A DNA stretch of 37,261 nucleotides from Candidatus Hodarchaeota archaeon (GTDB lineage Archaea; Asgardarchaeota; Heimdallarchaeia; Hodarchaeales; Hodarchaeaceae): contig JAEOTQ010000063.1 of NCBI GenBank assembly GCA_016839785.1, forward strand, positions 1 through 37,261. Direction: 5' to 3'. Below, piece after piece: positions 17,178-25,615 of the stretch. The translations under genes were made by a program, and so were the position numbers. Every line of letters starts with the position of its first letter. Within the stretch, counting starts at the first letter, position 1. A model generated the notes under the pieces. That model did not search any database, was not told the DNA's origin, and saw only the letters and a program-made list of their open reading frames with translations.

Positions 17178-18836
17178 ATGGATGTTAAACGATTTTTTCT
17201 GATTATTATACCCAGTACTTTTACATGGTGCTTAGCAGCAACGTTATTATTGATTTATTCTTTTGACATATTAGATTATGTTGAACAATCTGAAGATAAT
17301 CCCTTTATGGGTTTTGGGGTGATTATTCTAGGTGTTCTTCTACTGCTCGTAATTTTAGCGCTGTATTTTACTGGGCATTATCTTGATTCACATCCTGAGT
17401 TTCTAAAAAAGGGAATCATGATAGGTATGTTGGGAGCGTCTATAACCTCAATTCTATTTATTGTTTTTATTAACTCTACAATTTTATTTTCCCTCTCTCT
17501 CGTGGGATTAGCGTTCTTTTTTGCAATCCTTCTTACTAGTAGTGGTATGATGTTTGCTGGACTAACTAACTCAACAGCAAGAGGGAAAACATATGCTACA
17601 GCGATTTTTATCTTTATAATCTTGGTATTAGTAAGTATTGTTATAGGAAATGAAGTTTCTTCCAATTATACCGCATCTGATCCATTAAGTAATAGTTGGG
17701 TTGTCATAATACCAGGAATAGGCGTTTTAGGACTTATCTTGACGGTAGTCTTTTATTTATTATCACGTGACTTGAAATACTGGGTTCCCGACGCATGGCC
17801 CACAAAGTTCACGAAAATAGTTGGACGAAGGTCTGTTCAAGCATATTTGAGTACACATTTTTTACTGTATTGTATGCTAGGAATTTCTATAGCCATATTC
17901 CCTTTGATAGGATCTGTCTTAAATATAACCGAAACATTTCAATTACCAGCTCTTGGAGAGCTACAATTCTCCGTAGACAAACTTTTTTGGATTTTAGTTC
18001 TAGTTGGTGATTTAATACTTGTTCTACCAGCTGGAATGATTGCAGATAAAATTGGGAGGAAAAATTTAATCGTCCTTGCGATTTACGGCATCGTTTTTTC
18101 TGCGATGATAATTGGCCTTGAGAGATCAGAATTAAGCTTCATAATATCAGCTCTTACTATCGGTTTTTCGTTCGCGTTAATCCACCCTACTTTAGACTCT
18201 TCTTTGTGGGCTGATCTTTCTCCTCGTGATGGTTTGGGTAGATATTTTGCGTTAGGTTTTATATCATTAGCATTTGGTCTCGGAACAGGATACGGAGTGG
18301 GTCATTGGATATTAAGACCTCTCCTTGAGAATTTAGATTACGTAACTTATGTATTAATAATATTAGCAATTTTCGCTGCTTTTCCTTTGTTCTGGACAAC
18401 TGATAGTTATGAACCTCTTGATTTTACTTTGCTAATGGTGATCGAGGAAGGAGGACTTCCACTTTTTGATTATGCTTTTCAGCAAAAGTTAGATACAGAT
18501 ATTGAGTTAACTTTACTTTCAGGAGCTCTAACCGCTGTTTCAGCATTTATGTCCGAAATGATGAGAGAAAAAGGAGACCTAAATTTAGTCAGACACGGGA
18601 ATCACTTCATAATAACTGATAAAGATAGTAAAACGGGGATTTCCACAGTGATTTTTTCCAACAAGCATGATCCTGAATTAAAAAAGGCGTTACATGAATT
18701 TCAGATTAAATTTTGCGATCAGTATTGCCAGTATTTATCCACCTGGAACGGAGCGCGTAGTATTTTTGATGGAGCAGTTGATATAGCCGAAGAAGTCTTT
18801 GGACACCTCTCTCCCTCAACTAATATTGATATTTGA
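17178..18836 (+). CDS. MFS transporter fused to a C-terminal longin-like domain
   Basis: About 12 TM helices with MFS motif A (GMIADKIGRKN; degenerate GHYLDSH). From nt ~18408 a soluble domain LLMVIEEGGLPLFDYAF...LLSGALTAVSAFMSEMM...DLNLVRHGNHFII...STVIFS...WNG..SIF. Confidence 0.82.
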   Translation: MDVKRFFLIIIPSTFTWCLAATLLLIYSFDILDYVEQSEDNPFMGFGVIILGVLLLLVILALYFTGHYLDSHPEFLKKGIMIGMLGASITSILFIVFINSTILFSLSLVGLAFFFAILLTSSGMMFAGLTNSTARGKTYATAIFIFIILVLVSIVIGNEVSSNYTASDPLSNSWVVIIPGIGVLGLILTVVFYLLSRDLKYWVPDAWPTKFTKIVGRRSVQAYLSTHFLLYCMLGISIAIFPLIGSVLNITETFQLPALGELQFSVDKLFWILVLVGDLILVLPAGMIADKIGRKNLIVLAIYGIVFSAMIIGLERSELSFIISALTIGFSFALIHPTLDSSLWADLSPRDGLGRYFALGFISLAFGLGTGYGVGHWILRPLLENLDYVTYVLIILAIFAAFPLFWTTDSYEPLDFTLLMVIEEGGLPLFDYAFQQKLDTDIELTLLSGALTAVSAFMSEMMREKGDLNLVRHGNHFIITDKDSKTGISTVIFSNKHDPELKKALHEFQIKFCDQYCQYLSTWNGARSIFDGAVDIAEEVFGHLSPSTNIDI

Positions 18837-18846
18837 GGGATCAACG

Positions 18847-19530
18847 ATGGTTGCTTGGGTTATCTTTCAAATTGTGTTACTCGCATCTGTTATTTTCATT
18901 GGTGTTCAATATTTCAACTATTTCTACATCACATTATTCCCTAATGATTTATTTATATCATTAATTTTGACAATTACTCTTACTCTATTTACTGGGTTAT
19001 TTATTCTTGCTATCATTCATAAAAGTGCGAGAATGCTTATGAAAAACGAGGAAGGAATATTAACTGGTCGTGATCAAATTTTATGGGGTGTAAGTATGAC
19101 TGCAGCAGATACCGCATATTATTTTGTGAATAAGTTATTTATTAATCAAATGTTTCCTTCTCTCTTCTATAAACTGTTTGGTGCAAAAATTGGAAAGGGT
19201 GCGGCAATATATACTCGAATATGGGATGTAGAGTTGATGGAGATAGGTGAAAATACTTCCATAGGAACAGGGTGTATCATTGGCGCTCATGCCATTTCTC
19301 AAGGGGAGCTGTTTCGTAAAAGAATTATCATTGGTAAAAACTGTACTATTGGAGCAGGAACCGTTATATTACCAGGTGTTACAATTGAAGATAATGTCAT
19401 TGTTGCCAGTAATTCGGTGATTCCAGCAAAAAGGATTTTAAAAACAAATTCAATTTACGCAGGAAGTCCAGTTAAACGAATACGAGACTGGTATGGAGAA
19501 AGCGTGTGGAAAGTGGAGAAACTTGAATAA
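18847..19530 (+). CDS. Membrane-anchored hexapeptide-repeat (left-handed beta-helix) acyltransferase
   Basis: Two N-terminal TM helices, then FGAKIGKGA, IGENTSIG, IGKNCTIGAGTVILPGVTIEDNVIVASNSVI, YAGSPVKRI; ATG 18847 with GAGGGA upstream. Confidence 0.85.
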   Translation: MVAWVIFQIVLLASVIFIGVQYFNYFYITLFPNDLFISLILTITLTLFTGLFILAIIHKSARMLMKNEEGILTGRDQILWGVSMTAADTAYYFVNKLFINQMFPSLFYKLFGAKIGKGAAIYTRIWDVELMEIGENTSIGTGCIIGAHAISQGELFRKRIIIGKNCTIGAGTVILPGVTIEDNVIVASNSVIPAKRILKTNSIYAGSPVKRIRDWYGESVWKVEKLE

Positions 19531-19553
19531 CCTATCAGATTCAAGTTTTCATT

Positions 19554-20735
19554 TCACAATTGGGAGCTTAATTGAGAGATAGTTTCTAAACAGGTTTTAA
19601 CTTCTTCTTCTGTATTATAACAGTGGGGAGAGACTCTGATACCTTTTTCACGATAAGAAACTGCAATAGGTTTATCTAACTTTCGTAAGCGAGTCACAAT
19701 TTCTTCAGCATGTGGGCATTTGAAGTTAATAATTCCACTTCGATTTTTGATATCATTTACGGGAGAATTTAATTCAAAATTGGGCGTATCCTGAATGAAC
19801 TCGATAATAATATCAGTTAACTTAAGTAAATGTTTGAAAATGTTATCTATACCAATATCTAATAGAAATTTCACAGCTACAGCCAGAAGGGTTGCATTTG
19901 GACCTAATGAAGCCTGAAACCGTTTAGCTGCTGGTCCAGGAACATAATGATGATGGGAAAGATTCATTGGTGCAGCGTCAGACATACTACCAATAAGACT
20001 TGGTTGTAAGTGTTCGGCAAGATCCTTCCTTACATATAGAAATCCAGTCCCTAAGGGGGCTAGAAGCCATTTATATCCCCCTGCGGCCAGATAATCAATG
20101 TTGGTCTTTTGAACATCTAGGGGTATTGCTCCTAAAGACTGAATTCCATCCACTATTATTTCTCCCCCAACTTCATGAACCATAGAAGTTAATGTTTCAA
20201 GATCAGTACGAAAACCATTGCTGAATTGCACATGAGATATGGCTACAAGCCGTGTCGTTTGATCCAGAGCTGCTTGAAACTTATCTAACGGTAATACTCC
20301 GTTTATATGGGGGATTGTCTTTATTTTCAGATTGAGTTTTCGAGCTAATGCTTGATAAGTATAGGAATTTGACGTGTATTCTAAATAGTTGAGTATAATG
20401 GTATCCCCTTCTTCCCAAGGGATTGCTTCAGCTATAGCCGCTAAACCATAACTAGTATTATACGTAAACGAAATTTCATCTCTTGGTGCTTGTGCATTTA
20501 TCAATTTTCCCACTATATCACGATCTTCATTCAGATCTTCATACATTTGACTTAGAGGAGAAAAATACATATCTCCATATGTTTTGTGATGAACCATCCA
20601 TTTTTGAGTTTCGTCTGTTACGGGTTTAGGGGAAGGTCCAATTGCAGCATGATTCAAGTATATTGCTTTGTTTACTACTGGGAAAAAATCTCTAATGTTC
20701 GCTCTCATACAATCCACAATCCTTTTTTGCATCAC
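19554..20735 (-). CDS. PLP-dependent class V aminotransferase/lyase family protein
   Basis: YLNHAAIGP, NTSYGL, EYTSN, VDGIQSLG, GGYKWLLAPLGTGF (PLP lysine), IRVSPHCYN; lacks the SufS RxGHHC and IscS SGSAC persulfide motifs. Confidence 0.88.
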   Translation of the reverse strand: MMQKRIVDCMRANIRDFFPVVNKAIYLNHAAIGPSPKPVTDETQKWMVHHKTYGDMYFSPLSQMYEDLNEDRDIVGKLINAQAPRDEISFTYNTSYGLAAIAEAIPWEEGDTIILNYLEYTSNSYTYQALARKLNLKIKTIPHINGVLPLDKFQAALDQTTRLVAISHVQFSNGFRTDLETLTSMVHEVGGEIIVDGIQSLGAIPLDVQKTNIDYLAAGGYKWLLAPLGTGFLYVRKDLAEHLQPSLIGSMSDAAPMNLSHHHYVPGPAAKRFQASLGPNATLLAVAVKFLLDIGIDNIFKHLLKLTDIIIEFIQDTPNFELNSPVNDIKNRSGIINFKCPHAEEIVTRLRKLDKPIAVSYREKGIRVSPHCYNTEEEVKTCLETISQLSSQL

Positions 20736-21189
20736 TTTTATCCCTTCGCTTAACTATCTTTTCGAATCCAGAATTTCCCTTCATCACGAAGAGATTCTTT
20801 AATAAATAGTCTGTGATTATAAAACTCTGGATCTTTTTCTCTAGGAGCACGGATGTTGTTGTAGTAGCAAGTATTAGTTCTAGGAAGAAAATACATCAGA
20901 GCTTTTTAAGAAGTATATAAGGTACCGAAAGATATTTTAGTTAAGTCATTAACTTTTATTGGTCAATTCTTGGATAGGTTTGAATAGAAGGTGAATTAGG
21001 CAGAATAACTAACTTTTGTGATCATTGACATTCTACAAATTTTGGCTTAAGTGGAATGCAAATCATGGAGTACATGAAAAGAGAGGTGTTTTTGGGAGCC
21101 AACTAGGGATTTGTGGGAGGGAGGATCCAAAATCAATATGTTGTAGATATAAAAATAGCCTAATTTACGTTAAATGAGTTTTTTTCCAA

Positions 21190-23061
21190 TTATGGGTTCT
21201 TAGGTTTCGAATCTGACGAATATGAGCTTAATAAGTGTGAAATTGTCTTCAAATATTCCATTACATCTAAAAGTGATTGTGATTTAAGATCCTCTTTCTT
21301 CGGTTTATCCTGAATATGGTTTTGAATTTTATTGTATCGAATATATATGTTTAGAGTTTCCTCCTGTTTTGCTATTCTAGAATGAAGATCTTTTAGCTCA
21401 TGAGTGTCGGAATAAGAGCGTAAGGAGGATAAACTTTTAGATGCGCGTTCTAATTCTCCTTCTGACATTTCGATAATGGCTGTAATAAGGCTCATCTCTG
21501 CCCATAAGATAGAATTTTTTTGTGTTATACTTTTAAGACTTACTATCCCTGTTTTCACCTGTTTTAGATATTTAAAATCATCTGTTCTAATGTATAAACT
21601 TGTATTAACCTTAATTGTCCCTAATAAACCTTGGGAGTGAACCTCGTAAATATCCGTGAATTTCAAGGCTTTCAAGAAATAATCTTTCGCTTGTTCAAAA
21701 TCCCTGAAATTGAGCCAAATATTTCCAAGAGTGATGAAATATCTACCTTGGTCTATTCTCGTTTTCTTTTTCCAAATCCTCTTTTTGGCGGTGTCGAGTA
21801 AGTTCTGAATTTCGGGATTCATTTTAGTGTGAATGTTCGAAAGAACTACTGATTTGGCTAGAAGGATAATTGGGGGAACATTCCCATATTTCTCGAATGA
21901 AGCAATGCTCTTGGTATAGAGATCCTTTGCAGAATTAAAGTTTCCTAAAACAGATTCACGCCAACCCATTGATCCAAATGTATATCCTTTGCCAGTGTAG
22001 TTATTCTCTTCGATGTTGCATTCGAGACTCAAGTCAAAAGATCGTTTGGCATTACTATTTTCACCTAAAAGGGTATAGATCATACCTAGCGTGTTATATG
22101 CAAATCCTAATTGCCAAATCCTCTTTGCTTTAATACTGAGATGAACAGATTCCTCAAGTATTTGGATAGCTTGCGGATAATCTCCCGTAAATCGAAGGAC
22201 TGAGCCCAATGAATTAAGAATATGTATCCGCCAGCCATCTGGTTTCGGACTCAGAGCTAAAGCTTTTTCTAATAATGCTTTAGCCATTTGAAAGTCACTA
22301 AATGGAGATTTAACGAGACTCGCACAATTAGCAAGGAGGTTCATATGATCAGTTTTATTCCATTCAGCCAGGAACCTATCCATACTTTGATTTATATGAC
22401 CAATCATCTCCTCATACTCTTTCGCAGAGCGAGATAAATGAGCTAAGATGAAATATAAATAGGAAGTGGTATAATCCTTTGTTTCTTTAGGAGAATAGTC
22501 ATTCATGAGAATTTTGATATCATAAAACCAAGGGCTTTGTTGAAGAATTGAAGCAAGATCCCATACATAATTGAGATGGTGATTCCATACTCTTGTCAAT
22601 GGATCAGAAAATAAAGCATCAATTATTTCCCAATAAAATGTGATAAAATCCGTTTTTCGCTCAAGTTTTAGTAGACACTGTAGAATTTTTATTTTATAAT
22701 AATAAGATCTCGGGATATCAGTTTCACTAGATTTTTCTGCCTTTGAGTAAATTTCTAGAGCCTTTTCGTACTTTTTAGTATTATACAAACAAGAACCGTA
22801 TCTTCCGTTGAGACTTCCGATCTGCTTGATAGTCAGAGATAGTTTCGGTATGATATCTAATGCTCTTTCAAGAAGTACTATAGCTTGAGAATAATTTCGT
22901 CTGAAATGAAGAATTTCCGCTTTCATTCGAAGATACCAGAATTTCTCCTCGAAATTGATTATCTGATTCTGGGAAAGAAGGTTATCATAAATTCGATTTA
23001 CTTCATCTACATTCCTTTGGGCTATTTTCTTTCGTAAATCTAAGAAAACTGGCTCTTGCAT
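21190..23061 (-). CDS. Tetratricopeptide-repeat protein
   Basis: Multiple MalT-like TPR units (ILNSLGSVLRFTGDYPQAIQILEES, AYNTLGMIYTLLGENSNAKRSFDLS, YFITLGNIWLNFRDFEQAKDYFLKA). Confidence 0.88.
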   Translation of the reverse strand: MQEPVFLDLRKKIAQRNVDEVNRIYDNLLSQNQIINFEEKFWYLRMKAEILHFRRNYSQAIVLLERALDIIPKLSLTIKQIGSLNGRYGSCLYNTKKYEKALEIYSKAEKSSETDIPRSYYYKIKILQCLLKLERKTDFITFYWEIIDALFSDPLTRVWNHHLNYVWDLASILQQSPWFYDIKILMNDYSPKETKDYTTSYLYFILAHLSRSAKEYEEMIGHINQSMDRFLAEWNKTDHMNLLANCASLVKSPFSDFQMAKALLEKALALSPKPDGWRIHILNSLGSVLRFTGDYPQAIQILEESVHLSIKAKRIWQLGFAYNTLGMIYTLLGENSNAKRSFDLSLECNIEENNYTGKGYTFGSMGWRESVLGNFNSAKDLYTKSIASFEKYGNVPPIILLAKSVVLSNIHTKMNPEIQNLLDTAKKRIWKKKTRIDQGRYFITLGNIWLNFRDFEQAKDYFLKALKFTDIYEVHSQGLLGTIKVNTSLYIRTDDFKYLKQVKTGIVSLKSITQKNSILWAEMSLITAIIEMSEGELERASKSLSSLRSYSDTHELKDLHSRIAKQEETLNIYIRYNKIQNHIQDKPKKEDLKSQSLLDVMEYLKTISHLLSSYSSDSKPKNP

Positions 23062-23190
23062 CTTTTTTACCGTTTTTAAGGTGTTTTCATCAGTTTTTGG
23101 AGAGATTAGAATGATCTGAGAGGATTTTTCCTTATTAAAATAGCTTCGTACCCCATTAGTAAAAGAAATTCTAATTCGGTAATGAAGACA

Positions 23191-24123
23191 TTAGCCAAGC
23201 TCGAATATTTTAAATAAAATACGACAACTTGGACAAAGAATATGATGAGAGATCATCTTACATCGCTCACACGCGTATATCTGCCGCTGAGATACAGATT
23301 TTCTCTCTGATTCTTGCTTTGATTTGAGGATATTAAAAAGAAATGACCCTTGTGGATCGCGAGCTTTCAAAGATATGAGAAAGGATGTTATTTTCGATCT
23401 TAAGGAACGTTGGGCATATGGGCATGGGGTCGAAATAGTTGGAATTTTCCTAATCTTAACATACACTCGTAGTAAGTCTTCAGATATACGAGCTAAAGGT
23501 TTAATCCTTTGAGGTAATTTTTGAGATGATTTCATAACAGATTCGGATGTGTCGTATTGGAAAGAGGGAGAAATGCCACGAATTGTATTCAATATTGTCG
23601 TAGCTGCCTCATCCTCTAATGTTGTACCAAGAGCAATAAAATCAACACTGTGACGTACACCTAATTCAAAAAGAGCCTGCCTACGAAATATTCCACAAAT
23701 ACTGCAGGGAGTATATCCACATCCTTTCCTATCATTTGCGGAGACAAGATTGGGTAATTTATGTCCAAATAATTCAGAATAGGTAACGTGATAAATAGGC
23801 AATCCTGAAAATTCATTTTGCATATATTGGATTATCATCTGTCTCTCTTGTTGAATTTCTGGTATTTCCTCTTCAAGCACGACTGCAATTAACATAGGAA
23901 GTTTTAATTCATCTTGATATGCATGTAGGACAGTAAGTAATACTAAACTATCCTTCCCTCCTGATACTGCTACGGCAATTGGATGCCCCCTGACCCTACG
24001 TGACACTCCTTTCAGAATTTTTTTTTCAATATAACCCTCAAAACAAGAAGAGCAGTATTCAAGAGAATATGGGTTGAATGGGTCAGAATATACTGCTAAA
24101 GCTCCACAATTACACGTAGTCAT
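23191..24123 (-). CDS. TtuA/Ncs6 (TtcA family) PP-loop tRNA 2-thiolation enzyme-like protein
   Basis: N-terminal CxC...CxxC, VAVSGGKDS, PCSICGIFRR, RIKPL, CPY, C-terminal CERC...CPSC. Confidence 0.85.
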   Translation of the reverse strand: MTTCNCGALAVYSDPFNPYSLEYCSSCFEGYIEKKILKGVSRRVRGHPIAVAVSGGKDSLVLLTVLHAYQDELKLPMLIAVVLEEEIPEIQQERQMIIQYMQNEFSGLPIYHVTYSELFGHKLPNLVSANDRKGCGYTPCSICGIFRRQALFELGVRHSVDFIALGTTLEDEAATTILNTIRGISPSFQYDTSESVMKSSQKLPQRIKPLARISEDLLRVYVKIRKIPTISTPCPYAQRSLRSKITSFLISLKARDPQGSFLFNILKSKQESERKSVSQRQIYACERCKMISHHILCPSCRILFKIFELG

Positions 24124-24209
24124 TTAACTTCATCTATATGATCAGCTTGCCAGTACTCATCATCTCTAAACAGTAAACTGTTTAGTTCAGCCGGTAAAAC
24201 CGTCATCAT
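24120..24209 (-). CDS. Putative 29-aa small ORF translationally coupled to the TtuA/Ncs6-like gene
   Basis: Manually translated MMTVLPAELNSLLFRDDEYWQADHIDEVK*; its TGA overlaps the downstream ATG (ATGA at 24123-24120). Confidence 0.35.
   Translation of the reverse strand: MMTVLPAELNSLLFRDDEYWQADHIDEVK
24166..24185. promoter_or_regulatory. Inverted repeat in a divergent intergenic region, possible operator
   Basis: ctaaacagt-aa-actgtttag: perfect 9-bp arms with a 2-nt spacer. Confidence 0.4.
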
Positions 24210-24311
24210 AGTAATTCATTTCTCTTTTTGGATACCTTTAACAACTTTTCCAATGAGGGGGAACTTAAGAATTCAACCTTGCTATTGTTAGAATGAAGCA
24301 TTATACGGGAA

Positions 24312-25136
24312 GTGAATCAAGTACCAAAACCAAAACATCCTCTGGATTTAACACAGAAACCAGCAATCGGAATGATACATTTACCATCTTTTGAAAGCTC
24401 TGTTTCTCCAGGATTTGATCTGGATGACGCATTCAGAATAAGTCTTACCGATGCATATACGTTAAAACAAGCAGGATTTGATGCTTTACTTATAGAAAAC
24501 TTTCACGACACTCCATTTTCCAAGACACGAATTTCTGATGCGAAATTCCTGTTAATGAGTAGAATCGTCAATAAAATTATTGATTCAATACCTACTATGG
24601 CTGTTGGAGTAAATATTCTTAGAAATGCATGCTTACAAGCATTAACTGTTGCTACACTTAATCATGCGAGTTTCATTAGGTGTAATATCTGGGAAGGAGC
24701 GTATGTTACGGATCAAGGGATTATAGAGGGAACAGCATCACAGGTACTGCATGAAAAACAGGCACTTAATTCTCAAGTGAAGATACTCGCGGATGTCGGA
24801 GTTAAACACGCTACTCCCCTTGGAGATTTTACACTAGAAGAAGCAGCGAAAAATGCATTTTTTCGAGGAGGGGCTGATGCAATAATATTATCAGGGAGAG
24901 AAACTGGAGCACTTCTCTCATTAGACACTTTAACTCATTTTGTGTCCAAAACTAAACTTAAACCCATTTTGGGAAGCGGAGTAACCATTGAAAATGTAAG
25001 TACGATATTTCCTCTTATTTCAGGAGTGATCATTGGAAGTTCATTGAAGTATGATTCCTCTAATTTACATTCACCGATTGATTTGGAGAAAGCGACTGCA
25101 TTTATGTCAAGGTGGAATTCTTTAAGAGAAAAGTAA
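24312..25136 (+). CDS. BtpA/SgcQ family TIM-barrel protein
   Basis: IGMIHLP, ENFHDTPF, GVNILRN, FIRCN, DQGIIEG, ADVGVKHA, GADAIILSG..TG, GSGV, IGSSLK. Confidence 0.93.
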   Translation: MNQVPKPKHPLDLTQKPAIGMIHLPSFESSVSPGFDLDDAFRISLTDAYTLKQAGFDALLIENFHDTPFSKTRISDAKFLLMSRIVNKIIDSIPTMAVGVNILRNACLQALTVATLNHASFIRCNIWEGAYVTDQGIIEGTASQVLHEKQALNSQVKILADVGVKHATPLGDFTLEEAAKNAFFRGGADAIILSGRETGALLSLDTLTHFVSKTKLKPILGSGVTIENVSTIFPLISGVIIGSSLKYDSSNLHSPIDLEKATAFMSRWNSLREK

Positions 25137-25151
25137 GAAGGATAAGATATA

Positions 25152-25583
25152 ATGGTGATCCAACAGCTCTCAATATCAAAATATGCGGAAGTATTAGATT
25201 TATGGAAGGTTCTGGGGCTAGAACCACGGGTTGATGGGCGAGATCATCCCGATCACATGGATGATCAATTACAATCTGGGAATGTGGTGTTATTAGGGAA
25301 AATAATAGCCGATCAGCTGGTAGGAGTCGTATTAGTTACACACGACAATCGAAAGGGGTGGATCAATCGATTAACCGTACATCCAGATCATCAGAATCAA
25401 GGAATAGGCAAAGAACTTTTAATCGCTGCAGAAGCTTACTTACTCAGCAGGAAAGGGATTGAGGTCTATAGTGCATTAATATTCAATGATAATTCCGCAA
25501 GTAAGCGGTGTTTTCAGAATGCAGGGTATATCCATTGGGAAGAAGTAGGCTATTATTCCAAAAGGGTGAGTCCAGAGTCATAG
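25152..25583 (+). CDS. GNAT family acetyltransferase
   Basis: HDNRKGWINRLTVHPDHQNQGIGKELL acetyl-CoA motif A; N.AS..F...GY motif B. Confidence 0.92.
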   Translation: MVIQQLSISKYAEVLDLWKVLGLEPRVDGRDHPDHMDDQLQSGNVVLLGKIIADQLVGVVLVTHDNRKGWINRLTVHPDHQNQGIGKELLIAAEAYLLSRKGIEVYSALIFNDNSASKRCFQNAGYIHWEEVGYYSKRVSPES

Positions 25584-25615
25584 ACGAATCATAAAAATAC
25601 AGAATTCACGGTATT

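Noticed and set aside
19554-20735. Cysteine desulfurase supplying sulfur to the TtuA/Ncs6-like enzyme
   Set aside because: No SufS or IscS catalytic Cys motif is visible, and a TPR gene plus a 454-bp gap separate the two.
21025-21177. 50-codon TTG-started ORF (LTFYKFWLKW...SICCRYKNSLIYVK) as a peptide partner of the TPR protein
   Set aside because: No convincing SD or recognisable motif, and the length is compatible with chance.
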